Positions 12,283 to 25,914 of a stretch of DNA of 64,000 bases are shown in pieces. How positions within the stretch are numbered: the first letter of the stretch is position 1; every line of letters begins with the position of its first letter. The DNA is taken from the NCBI GenBank assembly GCA_002269645.1, contig NIVC01003070.1, positions 1,903 to 65,902 of the forward strand, in the 5' to 3' direction. The position numbers and the translations under genes are program-made. This stretch comes from Macrostomum lignano (taxonomy: Eukaryota). The notes beneath the pieces are model-generated. The model ran no database searches, was not told the DNA's origin, and saw only the letters and a list, made by a program, of their open reading frames with translations.

Positions 12283-12787
12283 TGTCCGGCTGGCAACTTG
12301 TCCGGCTGGCGACTTGTCCGGCTGGCAACTTGTCCGGCTGGAAACTTGTCCGGCTGGCAACTTGTCCGGCTGGCGACTTGTCCGGCTGGCAACTTGTCCG
12401 GCTGGCAACTTGTCCGGCTGGCAACTAGTCCGGCCAATATGGCAACTTTCTGGCTGGCAACTTGTCCGGCCGACAACTTGTCCGGCTAGCAACTTGTTCG
12501 GCTGGCAACTTGTCCGGCTGGCAACTTGTCCGGCTGGCAACTTGTCCGGCTGGCAACTTGTCCGGCTGGCGACTTGTCCGGCTGGCAACTTGTTCGGCTG
12601 GCGACTTGTCCGGCTGGCGACTTGTCCGGCTGGCAACTTGTCCGGCTGGCAACTTGTCCGGCTGACAACTTGTCCGGTTGGCAACTTGTTCGGCTGGCGA
12701 CTTGTCCGGCTGGCAACTTGTCCGGCCAATATGGCAACTTTCTGGCTGGCAACTTGTCCGGCCGACAACTTGTCCGGCTAGCAACTT
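12283..12787. repeat. 16-bp minisatellite (ACTTGTCCGGCTGGCA)n with a higher-order repeat
   Basis: About 31 units. The variant block GGCCAATATGGCAACTTTCTGG...GGCTAGCAACTT recurs about 292 bp apart. Confidence 0.95.
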
Positions 12788-13269
12788 TAAGGCTGGCAAA
12801 GTTCCTGCTCCCGGAGGGACAAGCTGAAAATATTCAGACCTGAAGAACCCCAAATTTTTAATTGCAAACTTTTTTCAACTGGCTGGAATAACTTCTTATT
12901 GCAGCTAATTAGCAACTGTAGCGCCAGATTGAGGAGCGCTTGCAACTGTGGCGCCAGATCAAGTGCCGCTAGCATTAACTGTTGTGTCGTTTTAAGCGAT
13001 CTTGAAAAAATTGTAATGCAGAAAATCTCGGCCATATTCCTTCCAGTCCCCGGAATTTCGCTAGTTCCGGGATTGGAGAGTTTGGTTTCCATTATGCATA
13101 CTAAGGGATTGCAAAATCCCGGTTTTTTGCGATCCCGGGATCAGAAAAATATTGATTCTTAAGCTTCTGGATTGACATTTTAAGGCTTAATATGCGCTAA
13201 ACGTTTTTTGCTTTTATTGTTTATTGTTATAGAGTTGATGATCTATTTGTAGATGAAAAAGAGCATTAT

Positions 13270-13961
13270 ATTGTGATACAAGCTGTTGAAACCCGCGGAT
13301 TTTGAACCCGGGGAATTCCAATACCCGGAACTACGTTTGCATGTATTCTGAAATCTAAGGCCATACACAAACAAAAACTTGTTAATAGTTAGTAGGATAG
13401 AGGTAGACATAAAATGGAGCACATTCGTGTAAAATTAGGGTTTGAGACATTGTTGGCTGGGGTACTGCGCAGAAGGTCAGGCAATGTCTGTCTGACTCTA
13501 AAACATATTGCTAAACTCTGGTCTCTCACTGACTCTCCCTACGTCCCTTGGATCCTTTAAAATTTCTATCGTCTCTTTGTTTCCTCTCATCTCTCTCGTC
13601 CCTCGTCTCTCCTCTCTCCTCTCTCCCCTCTTCTCTCGTATCTTCCCTCATCTCTCTTCTCTTTCATCTCTCTTATCTCATCTCTTGTCTCTTCTTTTCT
13701 CTAGTCTCCTCTCTCCTCTCTACTTTTTCGTTTTCTCTCTCCTCTCTCCCCCTCTCCTCTCTCCTCTCACCCCCTCTTCTCTCTGATCTTCATTCTCCTT
13801 TCTATTCTTTTCTCTCTTCTCTTAACTCTCTCCTCTACTCTCTCATCTCTCCCCTCTTCTCTCGTCTTTGCTCTCTCATCTTTCCTTTCTCTTATCTTTT
13901 CTCTCTTATCTCTTCTCATTTCTTTCTGCCCCCCTTCTCTCTCTCTCTCTCTCTCTCTCCC

Positions 13962-14005
<44 letters not shown>

Positions 14006-15948
14006 GTCTTTCTCTCTTATCTCTCCTCCTCTCTCTACTCTCTCCCCTCTCCATTCTCCTCTTTCCTCTCCTCTCTCCTCACTCACTTCTCTACCTTTGT
14101 CTCTCCTCTCTCCTCTCGTTTCTGTAACCTCTCCTCTGTTCTCTCTACTCTCCCATCTTTTATCTGTTCACTCTCGTCTCTGCTCTCTCATCCCCCTCTT
14201 TAATCTGGCATCTCTGTCTTATATGTTCTCTCACCTCTCTCCTCTGTACTCTTTTCTTTCCCCTCTTTTGACTCTTCACTTTCCTTTCTCCTTTCTTCTT
14301 TTCTCTTCTCTTCCCTTTTCTATACTCTGTCTCCCTCTCTTCTCTCACTCCACTCTCCTCTCTCCGTTATCTCTCATCTCTCATTTCTCATCTCTCCTTC
14401 CACCTCTCTCATCTCTACAACCTTAGAGATGTAGAGATGTATCTTTATCTCTTCTCTCTTCCCTTTACTCTCTCATCTCTTCTTTCACCTGTTTCCTCTC
14501 TGCTCTCCTCTCTGCTGTCTCCTCTCTCCTCTCATCTGCAGCTCTCTGCTCTCTCATCTCGCTTTTCCTCTCTCCCCTCTTCTCCCCCTCTCTCTCATCA
14601 TCCTCACCCCCTCATCCCTCCTATTATCTTTTATCTTTTCTTTTATCCCCTCTGTCGCCTCTCCTCTCTTCGAATCGTCTATTCCTTCTTCTTTCCACTT
14701 TCATCTGCCCCTCAGCTATGAGCTGGAATGCTGGATTCTTTATCTGGCCTTTGAGGTAAAAGTCTGCCCATCCCTGCTTGGAAAGCCAGTTTGTGGGACG
14801 TAGTACTCTCATCGTTGTTCTCATGCTTTGATCACGTCATCTTTCTTGCCAATTTGCAGCCCTGAAAGGAATTTGTGTATCTTCAGCTCCACTGCAGTCT
14901 GCATCAGTCTAACAATAGCAACCAAGGAAATACGCATTTCTTAGGAGGCCATTTAAAATTTACACACTACCTTTAAAAGAAACCTAAAATTTCCATGGTG
15001 TGCCTAATTTAGTAGGGTTGTATTGCATTGCATCGCATCGCCTTTTCATAAATCTTTCGCTTTTACAAACCATGCTGGATTCCCTCGATTTGCCAATTGC
15101 CATCCAGTGTTAAACTGCTGCAGAGTTTGCCAATACAGAGGGGAGGGCAGTGGTTAGAATTTCTCACTAAACTGTTTTGGCTAAACGTAGCCTCTCCACT
15201 CTCGGGGTGCAGAGAAGGCTATAAATAAAGTTATTCCAAAACACTGTACATTCGCTATGTACATTGAGCCCTATCGCCTGACCCTTCGTCTGGCTCTGGG
15301 GGAATGAGTGAGTGAGTGGCACAAACAATCGAAAAAGCAAACTTCACATGCTTACAGTTTCTGTTCTGATTGAGTTAGAGAGTTGAAACTTTACATTTAG
15401 ATAGAGAATGGGTCAATGAAGAATTGTGTCAAATTTGAAGTCAATCGCTTTACGTGGAGCAAACTTATGGCAGCTGAAAGTTAGTCAATTTTGAAACCCC
15501 TTTTACACATCTGAGCCCAGATCGGGAAAGAGAGGCGGGCGGAGGTTGGGGTGGTTGCTAGGCTGAAAAAAACAGCCAAATTTTAAAAGTGCACAGCGCC
15601 GTTCAGGATTAACTTTCAGATTTGAAATTTTACACGATTGTGTCAAAATAGTTGAAAATTGTCTGTGTCAAATTTGAAGAGAATCGGTAGAAGTGGAGCG
15701 GCGCTATGGAGGATTAAGTGAAAAAATCGCGCATTTTGAGCAGTTTTTTGTACTTTTAGGCAGGAAGACTTGAGTCTAGGAAATTAAAAGGTAGCCTAAG
15801 ACATTCTCCGTAGTAAGTTTAGGGTGGGTGTAACGTTTGGTGTCATTTGGTTGAGCGGTTTGGGAGTCCATAGCGATCAAAATTGTCCACAGACACACAG
15901 ACAGACAGACAGACACACAGACAGAGTTTTGATTTTTATATGTAGAGA
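13270..15948 (-). mobile_element. Non-autonomous Helitron-type interspersed repeat (5' end A|TCTCTACATATAAAAATCAAAAC, GTCT microsatellite, internal CT-rich tract)
   Basis: The 5' terminus resembles the TC.A.ATA.AAAAAT.AAAA starts at 40552 and 51094. Segments recur at 26700-27500 (inverted), 28520-28850 and 29850-30070. The 3' terminus was not identified. Confidence 0.5.
13560..14705. repeat. CT-rich low-complexity/(CT)n microsatellite tract
   Basis: About 1.1 kb almost devoid of A/G on the + strand, with a pure (CT)n core near 13935-14000. Confidence 0.95.
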
Positions 15949-16488
15949 TTGTGACGTATTAAAGTAGTATAGAAGTACTACTACATTAGTAGTAAAGAAG
16001 CAAAAAATATCAAAATTTACATTGCAATAAATTTTACATTTATATCTGTGATGCCACAAATTACAAATGCGATATTTATCGTGTACTGTTATGTTTATCT
16101 GTCGAATGTAGATAGTATAGAGTAGAAAGTGTAAAAAGAAAAGTAATAATAAAGTTTCTGAAGCTCTAAATTGACTCGATCTATTAATTGAGACTATCTA
16201 CTCTCACTCTCACACAGCATCAAATTAGCTAGCAACTTTAGGCCCAACAATTATGTTCATATTACAAAACTTCTTGTAAAAATAATAACAAAAATTTTGT
16301 CCCGGGATTTCGGGATCAGCTGACACAGCTGAATCAGGCATCAGCTAAGTGTCTACACTGTACAGCGCATTCATGCTGTTAGCAAACCAAAAATAGCATA
16401 GCAATACGTTTATATACTAATTGAGTATTTTGACGACTACTGGACTAGAGATATACGAGTAAATGAAAAGCTGAATATTGCTGTGACT

Positions 16489-17308
16489 TGTAACAGAACT
16501 CGTACTTCCGTTCCAACCCATTGATAATTCCATCCAAGCGTAGACACTACACTACTAGTCAGTGCTATATATAAGCGTACTGTGCAAGTGCAAGACAGTA
16601 CGATGCTGCGTAATGCACTTTACACCAGATTTTCTACAATCCCGGCAGGCATCCGGCGGCGGCATCCCCTTCGCCTGTATGTATGAGTTGACTTTGAGCT
16701 TGTTAGAGCGAGCGAACGAACCTTTTTCCAATTCTGGCTGAATCTTTCATTCCATTGTAAAGAACTTTTACCCAGACACAATGACAAGTCAAATCGGCCA
16801 TGCCCATTATTACACCATTGAGGAGAGCTGATTCAACTCTGGCGCTGTGTGCAAAGGATACGAGCGTAGCGGACCCGTGCGTAGGCCTTCTGTGTTTTAC
16901 ATTAACCCACAAGGCAGAACCGATCGATATCGTATGCCTGTCCAGGCAGCAGCCCTCCTCGCTCCCTCAACCCCACCAGTAAGGGTTTTCCACTCCCTCT
17001 ACTCCTTATCGTCCAATTAGCTGGGCACTGGCAGCCTTCCCCACCCCCGCCGCCAGCACGAAGGCTAAAGTATTCCGCCGATTCAGTCAGCGAAGGGTCA
17101 AGGGAGAGCCTCCCCGCCCCGCCGGACGCTATTGTTGGGTCTTAACGCTGTGTTTTTCGTTTCAGTTGTTTTTTGGAGCTCCCAAAGTTTCAGTTTCAGT
17201 CAGTCAGTATCTTATTAGTCATTTTATTAGTATTTTATTAGTCTTTTATTAGTCAGCCAGTCTTTAATCGCGGTCTCCTGGCCCTGGCCCGTAAGGCCGT
17301 AAGTTACA
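16489..17308 (+). mobile_element. Solo-LTR-like sequence
   Basis: TGTAAC...GTTACA inverted termini and a TATATAAG box near 16567. No TSD is visible. Confidence 0.4.
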
Positions 17309-17592
17309 AATGTTTCTGCATGATATGCTATCTAAATAAGCTACATGTAAATAGGCCCTGTGCCTGTAGTGTAAGGATAATAGAGCCCTGTCTTAATCAG
17401 CTAAGACAGATTACAGTAAAAAACTTCAGTATCTATCTGTCTGTATCTATCTGTGGATTTTATAACATTCTAAGAGTCTTATACTATAGTCTATACATAG
17501 GCCCTAGCCATCTCTTTGGGAGATGTGGTTCATATACTGTACAGAATTTGCAATCAGAGTATGAATAATGTTGAAAATGATGGGATAATGAC

Positions 17593-17993
17593 TAGAGGTC
17601 GGATGGGATCCCGATCCCGATCCCAAAATCTCGGGATCCCGAGGAAAATTGAATTCCCGCGGGACGAGAATCCCGACCCTAAAAAACTCGAGATTCGGGA
17701 ACAGGTCTTTTGATTAAATAATTTATAGAATTAGTGATTACTTGAAGGTATTTTGCTTTAACTTGTACTCGTTACATTATTTACTTTGTTGGTTACAAAA
17801 CTTCATATCAATTTTGTTGTGTTTTACTTCTTGATCTTGACAATCTTTTCTCAATTTTGTTTAACTTTACATGGACAATACACTAAAAGACCTGATCCCG
17901 ATTCCCGAAATCCTGATCCCGATCCCGATCCCGAGAAAAAAATTATTCCCGATCCCGATCCCGCCCGAAGATTTCAATCCCGTCCGACCTCTA
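17593..17993. mobile_element. hAT-type MITE (401 bp)
   Basis: TIR TAGAGGTCGGA(T/C)GGGA, subterminal GATCCC repeats and a perfect 8-bp TSD ATAATGAC (17585-17592, 17994-18001). Confidence 0.9.
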
Positions 17994-18024
17994 ATAATGA
18001 CATTTGCCAGTGAACATTTGCCAG

Positions 18025-18200
18025 CATGGGCGGCGGGAGCTTGCGGCACCAGGGGCACGTGTCCCCTAGAAAATGAGTCCATGTGGTAATTTTTAATGTT
18101 TTTTCTGATTTTAGGTCCTAATTAGCAGCTTATAAAGGTACCTGTGCCCCCTTGCACAGTGCCCAGTGCCCTCCTCAAATATTAAGCTCCACTGCCCCTG
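18025..18200. mobile_element. Small hAT-type MITE (176 bp)
   Basis: Imperfect TIR CA(T/G)GGGC..GGAGCTT and an 8-bp flank TTTGC(C/T)AG with one mismatch. Inserted in a 15-bp TTTGCTAGC-type array (18001-18340). Confidence 0.65.
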
Positions 18201-20593
18201 TTTGCTAGCTGACATTTGCTAGCAGGATGTTTGCTAGCCAATGTTTGCCAGCCAACATTTGCCAGCGGGATGTTTGCTAGCCAATGTTTGCCAGTCTAGC
18301 CAATATTTGCCAGCCAAAATTTGCCAGCTAGACATTTGCAGGTGGCAAGGGATTGTAAGCCTGTTTATATTATGATATAAGAATTATGCCTTGTCTAGGC
18401 TTATATGCACTTGGCAAAATCCAAAAATTAGGAGCAAGTTTCATGAAAATTCGTTTTTTGGCAATTTAAAAGCAATAAAGCTATAAAATAAATAAATTAA
18501 ATTTTTAAAAGGTATAAAAGTCTATTAAAGCACAAATTATTTATGTATAGCTTTATTTTTAATAAAATGATTTGTTAAAATAGTAATTTTAATTACAACC
18601 TAAAATGAGTCTAATGAAAATGATAGAAAAGTAGTGTTCTACCATAAGGAGGGTCCATGTATTGTAGCCATAGCCATAAGCAAAACTATGGCTTATTCCA
18701 ATTCTCAATATTCCATAGCCGTAGGGACTCCAATATTACCATATTCCCATAGCCGTAGCCATAGCCGTAGCCATAGTTTTGACAAAAATTCTTGGAAATA
18801 AAGTACTTTGAATTAGGAAGGTCTAAGCCTGGTACTTAAATAATTGCAAGGGTCATTTAAAAGACGGCAAAGAAAAACATTTTTTTGCAAAAAAACTCAG
18901 CAAACTAGCAATGTCAAATGTAAAAGTTTTGTTACCAACATTATAAAAACATGTATAAGAGCAGAGGAAACACTAAGAAAGCATTTATTTGGCATATTTG
19001 TTTATATTTACACTAAAAACCACAAACTTCCAAATTAACTAATTTTAATCCAACGAAAGAAAACTTTTAATAATGTGCAGGGCCCCTCCTGATTTCTTTA
19101 TAAAATAGTCACCATTTAGTCAATTTGAATTCACGCCAAAACTAAGAAATATATTTTGTTTTAATACTCGTATTTTCTATAATATTTTGCACTAACAAAT
19201 TTTTGTTTAAAACTGTAGCAAATTTTAGTATAAATAGAAGCATTTTTGGCAGAGGAGAGACCAACCTTGCGCACCGCAGTTCACTAACAAAATAGTTGAA
19301 AACGAATAGTAAGAGTTCCGAGAAAATAAGAATTGAAGAAGTGTTTTCTGTGTTGATTCTTTTTAAGAAGTAAGAGTGAAATAGACTGAAGCGTATACAG
19401 TACATACTATTGAGAAGCAGCAGTATTGAGTAGAAAGAGAATATGAAGTAGATCTGAAGTAATACGTGTAAGAATAACCGGAGGCTGTGACCCTCTGATC
19501 TCGGTAATGCCCAAGGACTTGCAAAGTACATGAAATGCATATACCAGTAAGACAAAATACCGCTCAGGCCATTATTAAATAGAACGCTACCAGAATAATA
19601 GAACGCTACCAGAATAATCAGAAGAGTAAAATCTTTCAGGGCTAACAGTTTTTCTAAGAATAATACTCAGACTAAATACTCAGACTAAATACTCAGACTA
19701 AATACTCAGACCTATTCTAAGAAACATTTCTCGGATTATTCTAAGATTGATAAACTCATAATTTATTAATAGGATAATCCTGGTGGCAGCTACCAACTTA
19801 AAAGATTAGTTTAGCCCTAGTACAACTTTGGTGACAGTGTGAAATTATTATTAAAGACAGAAGTAACCCCTACCACAATAAAATAATATATACAATACAT
19901 TACAATGAGCAAACTAGCATTTAGTGAACTTTTTTTATAGTAAAGTATAAATAAACTATAAAGTGTATTTGTTAATATGTTCATAGTTGACTATATTATC
20001 AAAACTTCTAATATAATTGAGCTTTTGGTTGCTCAGGCTGGGTGTTGTTCCTCGATTCCCATTGCTATTACCAATGTAGTAACTTGGTTCTGCTTGTTGG
20101 GGTGGTTTGGCAGGTTTTGATATCCCACTGCTATCACCAGTGTTACACTTGGCTTTCTGGTTTTTGTGGCGGGGCAGACTACTATTTCCCGAAGCAACCT
20201 TGTTGAGTATACTTATGGGGGTTGAGACTGGGGAGAAATCTAAGATCAAGGGTAGTGCTGCCACCAGCGTGGGAACCGTAGGATCCGCAATGAAGGGGTC
20301 TGTTTGGGCTCCATGCAAATAAATAACGCTAGAACAACTAGTCTCAGATATTTCAATGTCCAAGTGACAGGACTCAATGGTAGCAAATGGCCTGAGCGGC
20401 GCAGTCCTGGCACTGACAAATGTCCGCGCTTGAGCGTGTCTGAGTTTAGCTCTCAGAGGACCCCTAACTCTTACTAACCTAATAGCTACGTCTCGCGCAG
20501 ATGGGCGGCGAGGAATAGGTCTATGCGCCTGAAGCAGCAATAGACTCTAGGCCTATAAACTAACAGCTAGTTCTTAGGATCGCGCACGAGTGC

Positions 20594-21242
20594 TGCGACT
20601 GCACACTCACTCTCACTCTTATTCGCGCCTATGTCGCGAATTGACACTAGCAGAATGGCTTTAGCCAACTGATTTCCTGCCAATAGGGTAGGCTGGAAAA
20701 CTAGAGCTATAGCACTAGCAATGCTCTACCAAGACCTGCTCAGGAGCGTGCTTTCTGCTTGAGCACTACAATGCTTTACCAAGACCTGCTCAGGAGCTTG
20801 CAGCTGCTTAGCGATGCTTATAGCTCTACCAAGACCTGCTCAGGAGCTTTGCTTCGCTGTTAACCGGCGCTAGAGCGCTTTCTCAGAGATAGTTCTCTAC
20901 GAGATTGACCAGTGGTCAAAATGGTTCTGAGGAAAAATTCAGACAAGCGGGCCTGCATTCGTTAATATAGAACGTGGAGGGTGGAGTGTTTGGGCATTCC
21001 GTGGCTTGACCATGGAACTGCAGCCCGAAAAGTGCGGATAATGATGCACAACAGATATTGATTAAACATGGGGGAGAAAGTAGCTTGTACGAAGCGCCGA
21101 CAGTCGCCTCAAGCTACTAGTGACAATAGCATGCCAAATTTGGGCTTGTGCGCACAAGGCTGCACGTGAGGGAGGGTTCAGCTTGGGACACGGGTCCGCG
21201 AAACCCTCAGTCTAAAAATAGAATGACGCATGGGGAGAGGCT
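20594..21242 (+). mobile_element. LTR-like interspersed repeat, copy 1
   Basis: Highly similar to 48872-49452. TGCG...CGCA termini followed directly by TGGGGAGAGG. Internal CTCTACCAAGACCTGCTCAGGAGC subrepeat is present in 3 copies. Confidence 0.55.
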
Positions 21243-23817
21243 TGGCACCTAACGGCCGTGGGCTAGCCAGACAATCCACTAAACAAAAAATACGTGGCTA
21301 GCCAGGTGGCTCCACCGTGGACCCACACAGGCTAGCCTAGAGAGTCCACACAGTGCGCACAGTGATAGTACGCTAGATATGCCAAGGAACGCTGCTATTG
21401 GTCCGTGTAGGCTGGGGTCGAGTGCACCGCGGACGGTAATGAGAAGTCTGGGAATTCTGAGTGCTAAAAATAGACACCGCTAAAAATTGGTCGAGTGGCC
21501 AGTGCGCCTGACTTGAAATTGGAAGGTTTGAGGTTCGAATCTTGCTAGACAAAATATTTTCTTGATGTAAGTATTGTGGGTGTAAAAAAAGCAGAACAGG
21601 CAGAAGACCAAAAATTAGAATTTAAGTGAACAACATTAAATTATGGTAAGGATTATTACTATTAAAATTAGAGGATTATTAAGTTTAAGCGATGAAAATA
21701 TGCAGATTAGAAAAGTAGTATTGAAAGAGTAAAAAGTATTATTTATTCGAACATAAATAAAAATGGTGGAAATGATTTTTTAAAATTTAGTATTAGCATT
21801 CATACTTCGTCTGTAATCATAGTACTTTAAATCAGTAGCTCATTTTGGGTTTGTAGAATTTAAGTGATTAAGCTAGTGATAATGCATTGGAGAGCCACTC
21901 ATAAGCCAAATTGATATATTATCGGGTTAGCCAATAGTCTTAATACTAAGATGCACAGCACAGGTAGGCTCCTTGCATGCATGCACTCACAGCTCACACT
22001 GCTGCCAATATCAGCAGCAAGCTCAACCGCCTGCAAGTTAGCGATGTGGCAGTCCATTAATGTGGCAGTTGCAGGCCTAAAGTTAAGTAACTCTCATGAA
22101 GTCATGCACTCATCACTCATGGTCTGTGTTTTTTTGGTTTGTTTTTGTTTTGGCACGGTTTGAGTCTAGCAGTGCTAATATTGAACACTTAGTAATCTTT
22201 TGTAACACTTCGGGTGAAGCACATTTAGTTCCTGTCATATTTATTGTCATTGAAGTCAAAGATCAATTATACCGGTACCGTTTCGACGTATCGTAATTAT
22301 TAAAAAAAGAATCTATATTTGAAAGTTCAACTGTTGTGCCACCTTAGATACATTTTTTCTGGTAAAAAAGTCTTAAATGTTTTATGTATTGCAATAAAAC
22401 TTAAAAACTCCCCTGCTTTTATCATGGACGAGTAAAAAAATCGAAAGGTAAGTTCAGTTTTGTTAATGTTTTCCGTAGCTGTTGACAACAAGAACTCAGT
22501 TACTTTTTATTTAATGTATTGTAAATTTATGATTTTTAAAGTTCATATGAGAATGCAGCCTAATTGTTATTATGAATTGTCATGCATTTAATACAGTTCT
22601 AGAGTAAAGTAAAATTATTCAGACACTTTCTCAAGACCTCAGGCAGTACATTCGCGGCATTTGCCGTGCAATTTTATAATTTTTGGAGGCTAATATCCAT
22701 CAAAAATAACAGTGCGGATGCGGAGACAGGAAAAGCGTCATTTTTGCATCACAAAATCAAGCGATAGCATTTGATCTCGGTTAATGAATACTACCATTCT
22801 TTTAATTTAGGATGCAAAGCATGTCAGTCTGTTGTATTATATACATGTATGTTGCCTGTTGGGTTTAAAAAGTTTTTGCCTAATATAGATTATATTTAGA
22901 TTTAATCTGAATATAATTTAGATATAATTCTTTTTTAAATTTTTACAAGCCAAAGGTTATAAATACTCACTAGTGACATTAGTATCAGTAGCCGAAATAT
23001 TTTGTTTTGCTTTGTCTTGAAACAAGTATATATATAATGTAGCATATAAAGTGTGAAGAAGGGACACAACAGTAAAAAAATTCATAAGTGTATTAAAAAT
23101 GAAAACTAGGATGATGAAACTTATTAACGCGCAACTATTAGCTTATAAAATAAAGTAGAGTAACATGTTGTGCACGCTATATTAAAATAATGGTAGTCTT
23201 CATCCTTCAGAATGAAATGCTTTGGGTAATATATTTTGTTAATGATATATTCTCCAGTGTATTTTCATGGAAATCAGCCTCTAAAACAATTACAGGATCT
23301 CTGAATCTGACTGCTTTTATTTAATGTATTGATTGTATTCACAGATCAATGTATCGTGGGTTGCTTTCACAAGCTTGAAATTTCACATCGAAACCAGTTA
23401 TTTTCATAAACTCGAAATTTCACAACCTCGAAAACCATTTTGAACTTGAATAAACTCGATAAACTCGAAAGCAAGTTTAACGGAAAACCAATTTAAGTAT
23501 TTATGCACTTTCTGCAGTCCGTCTAGACTGTGTTGTTTATTGCAAAGGCATGCTAGTCTAAATAACGGCGGCAAGGAATGAGTACGTTAGTATTCCTGAA
23601 GTACAAGTACGTAGCAAGGTTTTGCAAATTGTAGATACATCTAGACTGCGCATATCTCTAATTCCCCAATCCGGTATGTTCTGAAGTTCTGTCCCAGTCA
23701 GGTGGTATACAGTTACTACAGCAATCGTTAGGTAAGTACATGTAAGTGACTGCAGCAAGGTTTTTTAATGTTTTCAGTATGCCATTTGTTGTATTCCCGA
23801 ATGCAACAAAATCTGTT

Positions 23818-24515
23818 TTAGCGCCGCAGGCACTCATTTTAGCGCCGCAGTCACTCATTTTAGCACCGCAGGCACTCATTTTAGCGCCGCAGGCACTCAT
23901 TTTAGCACCGCAGGCACTCATTTTAGCACCGCAGGCACTCATTTTAGCACCGCAGGCACTCATTTTAGCACCACAGGCACTCAATTTAGCGCCGCAGGCA
24001 CTCATTTTAGCACCGCAGGCACTCATTTTAGCACCACAGGCACTCATTTTAGCACCGCAGGCACTCATTTTAGCACCACAGGCACTCATTTTAGCACCGC
24101 AGGCACTCATTTTAGCACCGCAGGCACTCATTTTAGCACCGCAGGCACTCATTTTAGCACCACAGGCACTCCTTTTAGCACCACAGGCACTCATTTTAGC
24201 ACCGCAGGCACTCATTTTAGCACCGCAGGCACTCATTTTAGCACCGCAGGCACTCATTTTAGCACCACAGGCACTCATTTTAGCACCGCAGGCACTCATT
24301 TTAGCTCCGCAGGCACTCATTTTAGCGCCGCAGGCACTCATTTTAGCACCACAGGCACTCCTTTTAGCACCACAGGCACTCAATTTAGCGCCGCAGGCAC
24401 TCATTTTAGCACCGCAGGCACTCATTTTAGCACCACAGGCACTCATTTTAGCGCCGCAGGCACTCATTTTAGCGCCGCAGGCACTCCTTTTAGCTCCACA
24501 GGCACTCATTTTAGC
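23818..24515 (-). repeat. 21-bp minisatellite (AGCACCGCAGGCACTCATTTT)n
   Basis: About 33 near-perfect units; reverse complement of the 1581-1882 family. Confidence 0.95.
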
Positions 24516-25914
24516 ACTAAAAGTAAGCACTGGTATTTGGGCCTTAGAAAAGAATACCGACAGGCAACTCATTTTTATTATATAAGATACAGACAACTCA
24601 TTTTTAGGATATATAGGATGCCCGGCGCTTCAGCTTGGCCGGCTCTTACGCCACTATGTATTATTATATTTCAAATATTTTTACAGTATTGGTTACAGTT
24701 TGTATATAATGGTGTGCGAGTAATAAAGCAGTGCATCAATATAAATAAATCGAAGTACAGTATAAAATAAATCGAATAAAAGTAGAGAATTGATATTTGA
24801 AAACTGATATGTATTGAATTGTAAAATAGGATTTGACATTATGGAATTAAAAGATATCTCAGTTATTAGGCAATAAAATATTGATTACTATTGTGATGGA
24901 TTTAAGTAGTAAAAAATAGTTTACAGGTATTGTCATGGATACAGAGTAATAAGTGACTGTGGATATCAGTTAATTGCTCATTAATTGGTAACGTATGTAA
25001 ACAGTCAACATTCAGTGTAAATTTATAGCGTAGCATGACTAGAGAGCTTTATGGTAGCTATAGCGAAGATATTAAAATTGTCAATGTTAGTCAGTTAATT
25101 CTGTTTTCACTGAACTAAAGTTACTAAACCAATAATTAAACTGGTTTTAAATAAGCATTCATATGCTTCTCACTTTCAACTCGTTTTGCTATGGTGACAA
25201 AAGTATCCAGGTATCCAGGTGCAGATTTGTGGTGCCCCTATGGCATCGCAGCGGCCAGGCCATAGGCGTTGAATATCCTGGGCCCCAGGTCCGGCTAGAT
25301 TAAAAAGCCGGCAGCCCAGAGCTCCGGCAACGGCAGAGCGCGCTCGAAGCCCTCGTAGCGATCGGGCAGAATCTGAGTGAGAGTGCAAAATGTTTTTAAC
25401 TGGTTAGTTTTGTCTTCGTTACATATTGCTGAAGATTCTGGAGGGTAAAGACCCAGGGTGGATTCTGGAGGGTATTTGCTTAAGACGAACGAGTCAATTG
25501 TGGATGGAATGTACTTATCTGTTGTAGTAGGATGCAATAACTCGTAGGATGGTAGGATGCAGTGCCGCCAAGTATCAGAACGTAGCCGAGTGGCCAAACC
25601 AAGGCTGCTGGGGTGCTGGAATTGAACTTAATTGGTTGCATTGAACAGCAGTCCTAAGTAATATTTTTTTAATGTAAATCGTAACAGAGTGCAATTCTTT
25701 TTTACTGATTACAACCTGCCAAGCTTATACTATGGTATGATCAATAAATAAGGAAGAAATTAAAGGCCAAGATTTTCAATTCAAAAAGTGGGCTGGGCAG
25801 ATCCCTCGGGGCGAACCATTTTTATTTAAATAATCAACAATCAACATAATCACAACTAAAACCATTTCGCCCCGAGGGTTCATATCTGATTGTAGGGAAA
25901 GTTCTCGGAATTGT

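Noticed and set aside
12164-12853. Many ORFs in all frames
   Set aside because: They are artefacts of the 16-bp tandem array.
13508-14721. Leu/Ser-rich and Arg/Glu-rich ORFs
   Set aside because: They are translations of the CT microsatellite.
19956-20540. 194-aa minus-strand ORF next to the LTR-like repeat
   Set aside because: No gag, RT or other motif is recognisable and the start is non-ATG; left unannotated.
21488-21545. tRNA gene candidates (also about 40000 and 43950)
   Set aside because: A/B boxes are present but there are no paired acceptor or anticodon stems; treated as tRNA-derived remnants.
1581-24515. Inverted satellites as TIRs of one 23-kb transposon
   Set aside because: The flanks share no homology or TSD, and the interval contains an intact host gene.
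23658-24596. 312- and 279-aa ORFs (SACGAKM / APQALIL repeats)
   Set aside because: A 21-bp unit is a multiple of 3, so it gives open frames on both strands by chance.
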